From contig OX597822.1 of assembly GCA_951406725.2 (NCBI GenBank), forward strand, positions 12,214,001 to 12,278,000: 64,000 nt of DNA. Direction: 5' to 3'. Shown here in pieces: positions 53,044 through 64,000 of the stretch (position 1 is the first letter of the stretch; every line of letters begins with the position of its first letter). The translations under genes and the position numbers were made by a program. Source of the stretch: Octopus vulgaris. Taxonomy: Eukaryota. Below the pieces are notes generated by a model. The model was not told where the DNA came from. It was given only the letters and a program-made list of their open reading frames with translations, and ran no database searches.

Positions 53044-55367
53044 TGTATGTATGTATGTATGCATGCATGCATGCATGTATGTATGTATGTATGTATCTAT
53101 CTATCTATCTCTCTATCTATCTATCTATCTATGGGGCTCTGATCAATTTGGATCAAACAAAAGCTTTCGACTAGGGTGGACCATCACTACTTGGAGGCTG
53201 TCCTTAAAGCAGCTTGTTTCGGTCCCATCTTCCTTGGTTGGGTCGCTGCCTTATACAGCGGAATCATATCGGTAGTTTGCGTAAATGGTCATCTATCCAG
53301 ACCATTTAACATCATGTGTTCGGTTCGTGAAGGATACCCCCTCTCGTCGCTTCTGTATATACTGACGCTTGAGCCAGTACTGCGGAAGCTGGCGACACTG
53401 AGGGGCATCACACGAGGGCTGGGATGAGGGAGGAACGTATCTGCATACACAGACGATGTCACCGTCATAGTGTTGAGCACATCAACCTGGCCGGCGAGAC
53501 ACTAAAAGAATACGAAGCGGTAACGGGAGCAAAAATTAACCGGGACAAGTCAGTGCGCTTGCGGCTCGGCACCTGGGGAAGCAAGCCCCATGCCGTCCAA
53601 CAGCCTCTCCATCGTGGGACGCTGGCCGATGCAATGGTTAAATTGCTCGAAGTCTGGTTCGGTCCAGACCTCTAAATGAGGAAGAGCTGGGGCGAAATAA
53701 CGACTAGGATGGTCACTCTCATCTAGAAATGGGCCGAGAGGAAGCTATCCCTAAAAGGTTGGGCGGAGGTAGCGAACGCGTACCTCGCATCCGTCATCAA
53801 GTACCGTCTGACCGTCGTGCCTTGTCCCGACTCTACCATCACCAAACTGGAACGTATACTCTTCCGCTTCTTGTTGAAGGGAAGCGTTCCGATGGTTAGG
53901 CGATCCATTTGCTGTCAACACCCGCTAAATGGAGGGCTAGGCATGCCGTGGTTGATGATGCACAGACATGCGCTGAGACTGCAACATCTCAGGTGCTTCA
54001 TAGACGACGCTGAACAGGTGTGGTCAACATTTGTGCAGTGCTTTCCCGCAGCTTGATCCAAACGCAGTCGTGGATCAAACAGAGACCGAGGCTAGGCGAA
54101 TGACATCGCGAGTGTCGCGTTGCTCTCACGCAACTCTGCCATCCGGGACCAAACTTGTGCCACTTCATTACAACAAAGGCGTTCTATAGAGGATGAGTGG
54201 AGGAGAGGTGTGACGACTTCGTCGGGCAGAATCTGGGCGTCGACGAGGAACACCTGACCCGCCTGTTCAGGACAACTTTCGGGCCGGGATCTATGGACAC
54301 TCACCAAAGATCCATGGCCTGGCAGTGCTATCGAGAAGCATTACCTGTTCGGGATAAGTTCTACAGGAACGGTTCGAGACACACCGGACCAACTTGCGCG
54401 AGATGCGTTCAGAACTACGAAACCATTCTGCACGCACTCGTGCAGTGTCCAACCATTTGGGTCCTGTGGGCTTATGTCGAACGGCTGCTGTCTCATGTGT
54501 GTCGAGTCCGCCTGTCGGCCGAGTCTATCGCGTATAAGAGTTCCGCCACCTTCCATCAACGGGGAAGGCAAGGCATTCTTCATCGTACTGGTTGCCATGG
54601 TGAAAGAATGTGTGTGGTGGACACTCGCGAAAGGATTATAGACAAATCTGGCCAAACCTCTCTGGCCAATCGCTCATCAACGTTTTCAAATACCACTTGA
54701 AAAGGAAGGTGAGAATAGAGAAGCAGGTTTTGTACCGTGAAAGTTTCAAAAAAATGTGGGTGCATGTAGCAAAGATGGTGCGTGCGAGTGACGAAACCAT
54801 TTTGAGCATGATCATGTAGCTCGAAAAAAGAGAGAAAGCACTTTACTCTCATGTAATTATTCCCTCTGTGCCTGAGGTTACCGTGGTCTTTTCGGTAAGA
54901 GTTTCTTTCCATGTATAAACCTAATATTGCTTTTAACATTTTAAAACATTCTTCTGTGATACACGATCCCTATAAATCGTTCCCCACTCCCCGATCACTT
55001 TTAATCGGAATTTTACTATTTTTTCCTTCTTCTTTCTCATTTTCGAAAAGAAAAGTTCCACATTTGTATTTGTCAATCTCTGTGTTCAGCGCTGTGTGGC
55101 GAACAAAGAAAGTTATATATCTATCTATCTGCCTGTCTGTATAGCTATCTGTATAGCTGTCTGTCCGTCTGTGTAGCTGTCTGTCTGTCTGTCTGTATAG
55201 CTGTCTGTCTGTATAGCTGTGTGTCTGTTTAGCTGTCTGTCACCCACCGCTGCTTGACAACCGGTATAGCTGTGCTAAATTTCCTGTAAGTTAGCAGTTC
55301 GCGGAATGAGACCCTTAGAATAAACATCAGCACAAGGGCGCAGTCTAATGACTGAAACAAGATAAAA
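52780..55367 (+). mobile_element. SINE family A split by an L1/Tx1 insertion (halves 52780-52945 and 55220-55367)
   Basis: Head and central block lie upstream of the LINE. The 3' half CGCTGCTTGACAACCGGT...GCAGTCTAATGACTGAAACAAG lies downstream. Confidence 0.75.
53132..55113 (+). mobile_element. 5'-truncated L1/Tx1-clade LINE relic (RT plus C-terminal zinc finger plus 3' UTR)
   Basis: LINLDQTKAFD, SVREGYPLSSLLYILTLEP, SAYTDDVTV, GAKINRDKS, GGLGMP, CARCVQNYETILHALVQCP, with many frameshifts. Confidence 0.92.
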
Positions 55368-55378
55368 CGCACGCACGC

Positions 55379-55435
<57 letters not shown>

Positions 55436-55797
55436 TACACACAGATATGAGTGTGTACATGTGTATATGTGTGTATGCGTGTGTGTGTGCATGCGTGTGT
55501 GTGTGTGTATGCGTGTGCGTGTGTGAGTGTGTGCGATTGCTTAAGTGATGTAGACACCACCGATGAGACTATAAAATGTGTCGAAAATCGATGGAGACTT
55601 CATCAATTTTTCAGTCTACGGAGAAATAGTTTTATTTGACATGTCTGTACGTCTCCTCCGTGTGTTTACATATATTATGTCTTAGCTCGATGCTGTGCAC
55701 ACTGGGATCTCCGCTGACAGCCAATTGATATCAAATAGAGCGTCAAACATATACCGTATGCGAAGTAGTGTCTCTGGGTCTCTACAGCAACTACGCT

Positions 55798-55849
<52 letters not shown>

Positions 55850-55938
55850 CGCACACATACACACATAGATATATATATATATACATTATAATTATTAAAG
55901 CTGCAAGAACACCACAAAGATATCTAAAAAGAAAAAAG

Positions 55939-56054
55939 AAACTGCTACTCAGAGTTTCCCGTTCCCGTTCGACGGATGGTTTAGATTGATACACTTTAGA
56001 TTCTCAATCTAAACTGTCCGACGAATGTGAACGCAAAACTCTGAGTAGCAGTTT
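55939..56054. repeat. Fold-back hairpin of about 115 nt between (TA)n tracts
   Basis: AAACTGCTACTCAGAGTTT..TTTAGATTGA pairs with TCAATCTAAA..AAACTCTGAGTAGCAGTTT. Confidence 0.85.
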
Positions 56055-56175
56055 TTTGTGTTATTTTTATGATGTTTTGCAACTTTAAAAATAATAAAGC
56101 GTATTACTCAACCTCTGGTAATCGAGTACTATTTTGTTCTACCTTGTTTTACCTTTACATCCTTTCTGTGGTATG

Positions 56176-56208
<33 letters not shown>

Positions 56209-56211
<3 letters not shown>

Positions 56212-57588
56212 TTCAGCAAAAATTCAGATTCAAATGAATATGGTACTTAATTTAGATGCGCCAGAATTCTGTATGGTGTTATCCATAAAAATCCTTGGGG
56301 TGATTATAATCAAAATAAGCAACAAGAATGACTCCGGTAATTTGGTACGATCGTTTCGTACCAAATTCTTTCTTCGTCCCTAAAGAAACTATTCGGTTCA
56401 CCTTGATTATCTCACTTCCTTTTCTTAATATATAATTAGTCTAAGATATCTTTGCAAAACATATATTCAACTAAAATAGGAAGGAATATACCATACTGAT
56501 TTTAGTTTAACACTCATAAATGATTAAAAGAACTTCATTATAAACTTAGAATTAAATTCTTCTTTTTAATGTTCTCCAATACTAAGTAGTATTAATCTTA
56601 TGTCCCTAGGGTAACTATTTGGTTCATCCTGATTATCTCACTCGCATTTCTTAATATATAATTAACATAAGATATTTTTACCTAACTAATTAACTTTTAT
56701 CCGCAGGTAGTAATTTTATTCCCAATAGATCCCATTTTTTAATTCATTAATATCAACTCACTATCCATGAAATTTGAATAATTTACTCTTCTAAATCACC
56801 TCCCTTTATATTATAAAATATCACATTCCACCAAATCTTTGAATTTCTTCTTTCTTTGATTTTCCCTCTTCCATCTTTCTTAGTATATATTTTGACCCCT
56901 AATATGTTCACTTGATTAATAAGGCTTTTCCCCTAGTAAATAAGTACTATGCCTACTCATAATAAGTGATAGTCTTTTTCTCCAAATTGAATAAATTTTA
57001 GATTTATATTTTTCCTTTATTCTAACGTGTCAAAGTACTTGGAACTTATTGACCAACTGTTCTGATGATGTGCATAGTGTTTGTAAGGTCTCTGCACTCT
57101 CTGTGAATGCTATTGTGACCACTTGACATTGACCTAGTTCTCCTAACGCCGAATCTGTTCATCAAATAGTAGTAATTGGCATTTAGTAGTGACAATGCTG
57201 TCTTCCACATAAATTCCTTATATGGAGCTCTGAAATCCCATTTACCCATTTCTATAATTAGAAAATCTTTATTGCCTCTTTCCACTTATTCTTCCCTCTC
57301 AGAATCTTACAGTAGTCTGGAGCAACCGAATCTTGGTCGGTCAGTTGATGGGCTCCACTACCTCAAATGTTCTTAAAATTCAAATCCACATCTTTGTCTA
57401 TATATCTACCTTCTCTATAATGTTGCCACTTGATATGAAAATTTTTGTATTAATGGAAAACCTCTATAATTGGCTGATGAGTACTCAGCATCTTAAATCT
57501 GTTGTAATACTTACAACATTTAAGAAAATGATGTAGCACGAAACGATCGTACCAAATTACCGGAGTCATTCTTGTTGCTTATTTTGAT

Positions 57589-57592
<4 letters not shown>
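56209..57592 (+). mobile_element. (TA)n-flanked PLE-type element with inverted repeat and hammerhead
   Basis: 56305-56359 is the reverse complement of 57538-57592. Diverged direct repeat at about 56378-56452 / 56604-56678. Hammerhead at 57470-57555. Confidence 0.75.
57470..57555 (+). ncRNA. Type I hammerhead ribozyme with long helix II
   Basis: TTGG-CTGATGA-GT..(TCTTAAA..TGTTGTAA/TTACAACA..TTTAAGA)..AC-GAAA-CGATCG-TA-CCAA. Intact core and palindromic helix III ACGATCGT. Confidence 0.8.
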
Positions 57593-57622
<30 letters not shown>

Positions 57623-57633
57623 CATACATATAC

Positions 57634-57690
<57 letters not shown>

Positions 57691-57805
57691 TATACATATA
57701 TATATATATATACATATATATACACATATATGTATACACACATATATATACATATATATATATATATATACATAGATATATATACATATATATATATACA
57801 TATAT

Positions 57806-58335
57806 AGGAATAAAAAATGGAGTCAACGCAGGTTTAAACAAGTATTTTTTCTTTCTACATATGTTTCAAAAATTCCACTGATACTTATTCAAAAGAATAA
57901 AAGGTATAAACAATGCAATCTTCTCTTCGGGAAAGTGAAAAAACGAAACTTGTCAATACGACATTTTAGCAAAAAATGATGGATTCGTATAGCGATAGAC
58001 AGAACGCTATTAATATTGTTTAAAAAAACGTTATATGATATAACGTCATAAGTAGCTAACAGAAAGAGTAGGGATATTAATAGTGAATGTTAAATATAAA
58101 GGAAATTAAAGTCTAAACTATATATAATGATAGAGACTACTTATATGCACTAAAAGTATGTTTTTGCCAATGCTTACATCTGTATGCTCGTTCTATAACC
58201 GTGTTTACTAGAGTATTTTTAGAAAAAATAATGAAAAATAGCTCAGAATTGCAGAGAAGACAGAATTTCTTGCCTTTGTCATATGGTATCGAAATTGAGA
58301 GGATCAACCATTCCAAATGAAATTGTTCATTTACA
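57806..58335 (-). mobile_element. Naiad-like PLE 3' fragment in (TA)n
   Basis: WLILSISIPYDKGKKFCLLCNSELFFI..LVN..RCKHWQKHTF aligns with the C-terminus of the 35468-36100 protein. A hammerhead lies downstream. Confidence 0.8.
57851..57935 (-). ncRNA. Type I hammerhead with CCGAAGA core variant and long helix II
   Basis: CTTTC-CCGAAGA-GAAGATT..AATTTTT-GAAA-CATATG-TA-GAAAG. Palindromic helix III ACATATGT. Confidence 0.7.
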
Positions 58336-60165
58336 TATATATACATATTTATATACATGTATGTATATGTATATATATGTGTGTGTGTTTATGTACATAG
58401 AATATAAATAAGTAACAAAGATGTACAGGTGTCAATTCATTACAGTCGTTTCAAGCGACTCCTTTAATTGACGGCCGCTCACTTGAAATGGTTCCAATGA
58501 ACCGATACCCGCACATCCCGCTTACTCACTCATACCCTATTCAGCCAACTTGGAATTTGCATCTCGAAAACACCCCAGACAGCACCTTCATTAAAAGTAC
58601 ATTCCGAAACACCGAGAGAGGAGATCCTCACCCAGGTGTGATGCGCTATCCGCACACACGGCAGGAATATCACCAGCTGGGTCAGGATATCCGGAATTGG
58701 TGTTTAGGACATGTACTTTTTATTAATGAAATGTGAAAGAAGTATTTATAAATATTTTTACTATTCTTTTACTATTCCAAGCGAATGTGTATATAAGCTT
58801 AATTAGACTGGCTTCAACAAAAGGAGCTGCATGTTCGATGGATATAATTCTAGTAAATTGATCAAGGCCTAATGCATCCGATGCCTTGACTCTACGTACG
58901 TAACTGTGGACGCGTATACTGGTATGAGATTAGTGGAGATTGGACCTCTTCCTTTGTCGCCACTGTTCCCAGATCTGTTCTGGCTCGGAGCAGAAGTGCT
59001 TGTCAAGTGCCCCAATATATCTCAAATAGATATAGATGGCACCTGAGCACCATATGCATGACTGGAAGGTGGTATGACTAGGAAAATGACATGTGTAACT
59101 GAGGGCCATCAGTCTGTGCACATGCGGACCCATTAGCCAAGGGCTAAATTGGACCTGTGCACAAAGGTAAGCTTGGAATTATAGGAGGCAAGCAGAGTAG
59201 ACTAAAAACAAACAAGCAGAAAGTAAACTGAAATTAGTGCTGTTCCTTCCGCTAGAAAAATCATAAAAATTTAGACTTTGGTGCAGAGGTGTAAGATCAC
59301 TGTCAACTATTGGAGGGATTTTGTCTGAAATGAAACTAGAAGGGATATAGCCTTAGAGTAATTGAAGACAACCCAATGATGGTTGATATTGTACAAAAAC
59401 AAGTTCTGCTCATCCTGCATTGTTAAAAGTCGTACGATTTTATTCGTAAATGAAACAGAATATTGCTATGCATCTAATGTGACCATATTGTGGATGGGAT
59501 ACCGAGTGAATGACTGTATGATGAAGCATTAAGATTTCTTTCTTTTAGAAAAGGTAGGGGCTTATCTTATGCGAGAATGCGTTTTATAACGGCAATATGG
59601 TAAGCATTTCTTACCCATGGAGGATCTACTGCAGACATAGATGTGAGATTTTAACAATAGAACCACAAATAAGTCTTGATTTATATAAACGGTAACTACG
59701 AGAAATTGAAGTTCATCTTGACCTTTTGGCGGATTTATAATTAAATATTCGTAAAAGTAATTAAATACAAAATGAAACTTAAACTGATGCCTCTAAAGTT
59801 TCTATGCTACCACCGTCCTTTCTAATATGAATTATAAATCTTCAATTGAATTATTGATTTAATAATTACAATTGCATCCATAATAAAATGAAAATTATTA
59901 AACAAACGCACGTTTACAGACACACACACATACATACAACCATACACACATACATCCAAAAACCATACGTACATACACACACGTATATATACATACATAT
60001 AAATATCTAAATATATGTATGTATATTTATATATTATGTGATAATAAAAATATATATAACCATATATATATATATATTTATTTATGTATGGCTATATGTA
60101 TGCATGTATACATGTCCGCACTTATATATGTATATAGAAATACAGAACTATTTGTTTTAGCAAAT

Positions 60166-60229
<64 letters not shown>

Positions 60230-60675
60230 ACATACATACATATATTGCCATCCATTAAGATACTTTGATTAATTGCTGCTATCAATAATATTTATTGCAC
60301 TCACAAAACGATATCTCCGAACAATCTCAAATAATCTTTGATTCGTTGTCTGAATCTGATAATGATATGATTGTTGTCGTCGTTGTTATTTTGTTATTAT
60401 TCACGTTCATTTATAATAATTAATTAACACTGCGTTGGAAAAATCTCTAATTATTCGTTTATTAACATCGATGCCACAACCAACTAACAGCAGTAGATAT
60501 GTCCAATGTTGCTACTTTAACAATTATCTCTATGTAAAAAAAATATACGAAGATAATGCGACCATGATTGGTAAGGTAAGATGACTTTGGTCTCATAATG
60601 GGCGTAAAAAATCTCTAATGTTCTACAAATCATACATAATATACACATACATACATACACTATTGATATGTAGAG

Positions 60676-60707
<32 letters not shown>

Positions 60708-60753
60708 CATGCATGCACACAAACATACATATACTATTGATATGTAGAGTATA

Positions 60754-60794
<41 letters not shown>

Positions 60795-60919
60795 GCACGT
60801 GTGTGTTTATATATTCTGCTTTACATAATTTTAGTTTGTATATCCATACGTAGATCTATGCATAGATACATACATACATACATATTTTTATATGTATTTA
60901 TACAGATAAAAAGAGGGGA

Positions 60920-60971
<52 letters not shown>

Positions 60972-61294
60972 AAGAAAGAGAAAAGATAAAAAGCACAGAA
61001 GATTTGTTTAACAGCATTTAAGAGTATATTAAAGTCATGATAATAAAGATATACGATTTTGTACAAAATAAGGTTTTGTTCTTTCATCATAGTTGAAGTA
61101 AGGACCGGTTTCCCATTGCTCATCGAAACTAAGAGCTTGCTAGGAAGGGAAAAAATAATGCTACGAGAGATAGGTGTTCACTAATTTATTTTGCAGTAAA
61201 GGGGAGGTAAATCTGTATTTTTTTTTTTTTAATCTGGGGAGAGTCATTTTCTTTTAGTGCCTTATAATTTAACACATATACTTATCTCTTTATC

Positions 61295-61500
61295 ACTCAC
61301 AAGGAGCTAAACACAGAGGGGACAAACAAGGACAGACTAACGGATTAAGTCGATTACATCGGCCCCAGTGCGTAACTGGTACGTAATTCATCGACCCCGA
61401 AATGATGAAAGGCAAAGCCGACCTCGGCGGAATTTGAACTCACAACGTAATGGCAGACGAAATACGGCTACGCATTTCGCCCGGCGTGCTAACGTTTCTT
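61295..61500 (-). mobile_element. SINE family B
   Basis: Matches 15680-15905. Confidence 0.9.
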
Positions 61501-61559
61501 TGAGGTGGTTCCACAATTTTTTTATATTCTCTCAAAGAGCCTGAGGAACCTTTAACACA

Positions 61560-63332
61560 CACACCGGTAAAATTTAGAGCCCCTTCTTCCAGGAGGATTT
61601 CTCCTTCACAGATATCCCAACCAAGACCAGTGAGGTACTGAATGATCAGTTCAAAAGTGTTTTTACCACCTCGTTGGAACCCAGACAAGTGAACGAATCA
61701 GTGGATTTCTTTGCCGCCTCACCTATAAACGGCGAGGCAGGTACGACAGATTACATAGACATTGGGAAAGAAGATTTAATACTAGCCATAAATGAGGTGG
61801 ATGCAGACTCAACTCCTGGCCCTTATAATTTCTCAGCAGTCCTCCTCAAACCGTGTAAACCACTACAGATTCTCTTTCAGAGTTTTCAAACAAACTGAAA
61901 GAGGGAATAATATGCCCAATTCATAAAGGCGGACGCAGTGCAGATGTCAAAATTTATAGGCCTAACTCTCTGACTTCACACATCAGAAAAGTCATGGAAC
62001 AAATAGTCAGAGGGAAGCTGATTGCATTCCACGAGGAAATCGACTTACAGATTGATACCCAGCATGGTTTTCTACCTGGTAGGAGCTGCCTGACCCAGCT
62101 CTTATAGCACTATGACTGGGTGTTGAGGCAGTTACACAACAGCTCAAATGTGGACGTAATATACCTTGACTTTCCAAAAGCCTTTGATAAAGTGGATCAT
62201 ATGCCACAAACTGCGTGATCTTGGCATAGCTGAAAAATTTGGAGAGTGGTTATATGACTTTCTGAAAGATAGAAGTCAGGCAGTAGGGGCTAATGGAGCC
62301 ACCTCAAAGAAAGCAAAAATAGTGAGCGGTGTTGCAGAGGACACTGTTTTGAGACCATTGTTTTTCATAGTGACCCTCTGAGATATGCACTCAGCTGCCC
62401 GCAAAGCTACACTTGCTAGCTACGATGACGATACGAAAGTCTCGCAGAAAATACAAAATCCTAGCGATGTTGCCCGCCTGCAGCAGGAGTTGGACTCAAT
62501 TTACAGATGGGCTGAGGACAATAATATGCAGTGTAATGCTGGAACATTCCAAGCCCTGCGCTACTAGCGCACAAAATAACCGATGTAAAACTTACAGGAT
62601 ACACTGGCCCACGAGGGATAACATTCCCAGAACCTAAATGAGTGTGGGAACTTGGTATCGATATGAGTGATGATACCTCCTTCGAAGTACAGAACCAGAG
62701 AGAAGGAGACCATGATAGTTCGCTGGAGGAGATTCGGCCGTAGCCGCCTGGACTACTGCTCGCAGCTATTGCCTCCCCACAGTGTACAATTAACAGCGGA
62801 CCTTGGAGCAATCCAGCGAAGCTTCACAATGAAGATCGTCTCATTGCAACAGCTCAACTACTGGGAAAGGCTGAAACAGTTAAGACTCTACTCTCTGGAG
62901 CGAAAGCAGGAGACATATGCTGTAACATACATCTGGAAGAACCTGGAAGGAATTGTGTCAAATTTTGAAACTGAAAGCTATACAAATGCCAGGACGGGTC
63001 GACAATGCACAGTGTCAAACTCCCCAGCAATACCGTCACGATTCAGGACCAGATATTGCATCAGTCTGTGTTTCAGGGATCCACAATTTTATTTTTATAT
63101 TCTCCCAAAGAGCCTGAGGGACCTACACAAAGTGGATGTAGGTGTCTTTAAATCAAAACTGGATCTCTTTCTGCCGACAGTCTCAGATGATCCTACATTG
63201 CAGGATGCGTTAATATAGGCAGGATATCAAACACCCTTATCCACCAAATGCCACATATCAGAGGAGGCGTTCAATAATAACAGTGTAGCAAAACGGTGGT
63301 ACCCCAGCATGGTCAAAGCTGTGAGCTGAAAA
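61560..63332 (+). mobile_element. 5'-truncated CR1-group LINE relic
   Basis: STPGP, ICPIHKGG..YRPNSLTSH, QHGFLPGRSCLTQLL, DVIYLDF.KAFDKVDH, YDDDTK, RSRLDYCSQL, YWERLKQLRLYSLER, followed by a 3' tail. Confidence 0.92.
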
Positions 63333-64000
63333 TGGTACCCACCTTTTCGACTGCAGAAATTCCAAATCTGCAAAAACAAGTGGCATTTCAAAAATATATT
63401 TATTTACATATCACATATTATTTCTTCAAATCACATATTTAAGCGCTTTCAATTACTACTGTAGTTTCATCAGAAATGTCAGTTTACAGTGTTTTACCCG
63501 TTTTTATATTATAGGTGAATGAAGTAAGGAGAGAGCGAGAGAGAGAGAGAGAGAGAGATTTGTGGGTAATTATATTACTCCCCTGCTCACAGTCACCCCA
63601 ATCACGGCCTGATCCCACATTGGCTCGGCTCGGCTTCTTCTTTTAAATACATTTGTCAAGACACAATAGGTTATAACTGACATTACGTAATACAGAAAGG
63701 GGAGTTTATGTGGCTATGCACACAAATGTGTTTGCGTGTGTCACACAGTTGTCACATATGCAGACCATTTCTATATAATTATATATAATTAATATACTCA
63801 AATCAAATTACACAACAGACACAGCCATCAATTGCACACACACACACACAGTAATTGCTGGGTGCATTTTGTCTAACTCTTAAGACTTGTTAATCAGATG
63901 TCCTGCATCTAGAGCAGACAGAACAACTTTGCCAAAAAACTATACTGGAAACACCACAACATCAACTTATCCACTTAGTTGCTCTTGTCATCAAAGGCGT

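Noticed and set aside
787-60989. Many ORFs rich in YI, CV, HT, poly-L, poly-S or poly-N
   Set aside because: They are translations of microsatellites and show no coding signal.

Overview
Repeat-saturated, AT-rich animal intergenic or intronic DNA, inferred to be an octopus (coleoid cephalopod) genome from its SINE families and very high microsatellite load. No intact host protein-coding gene is supported, and most listed ORFs are microsatellite artefacts. The window holds many tRNA-derived SINEs, decayed LINE relics (RTE, R4/Dong, L1/Tx1, CR1-like), a non-autonomous Helitron carrying a LINE ORF1 fragment, and Penelope-like element (PLE) pieces with GIY-YIG relics. The main signal is a set of (TA)n-embedded elements with direct and inverted terminal repeats that carry minimal type I hammerhead ribozyme motifs. 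These have family-specific palindromic helix III sequences (ACGT, ACGTACGT, ACGATCGT, ACATATGT, ACTCNGAGT). One tRNA-headed SINE also carries a hammerhead-like tail and an inverted copy of that tail at its 5' end, which suggests a Pol III SINE mobilised by PLE machinery. Local inverted duplications have landed in (TA)n tracts, and microsatellites inside SINEs act as insertion sites for other elements. All structures were read by eye; no database search or folding program was run.
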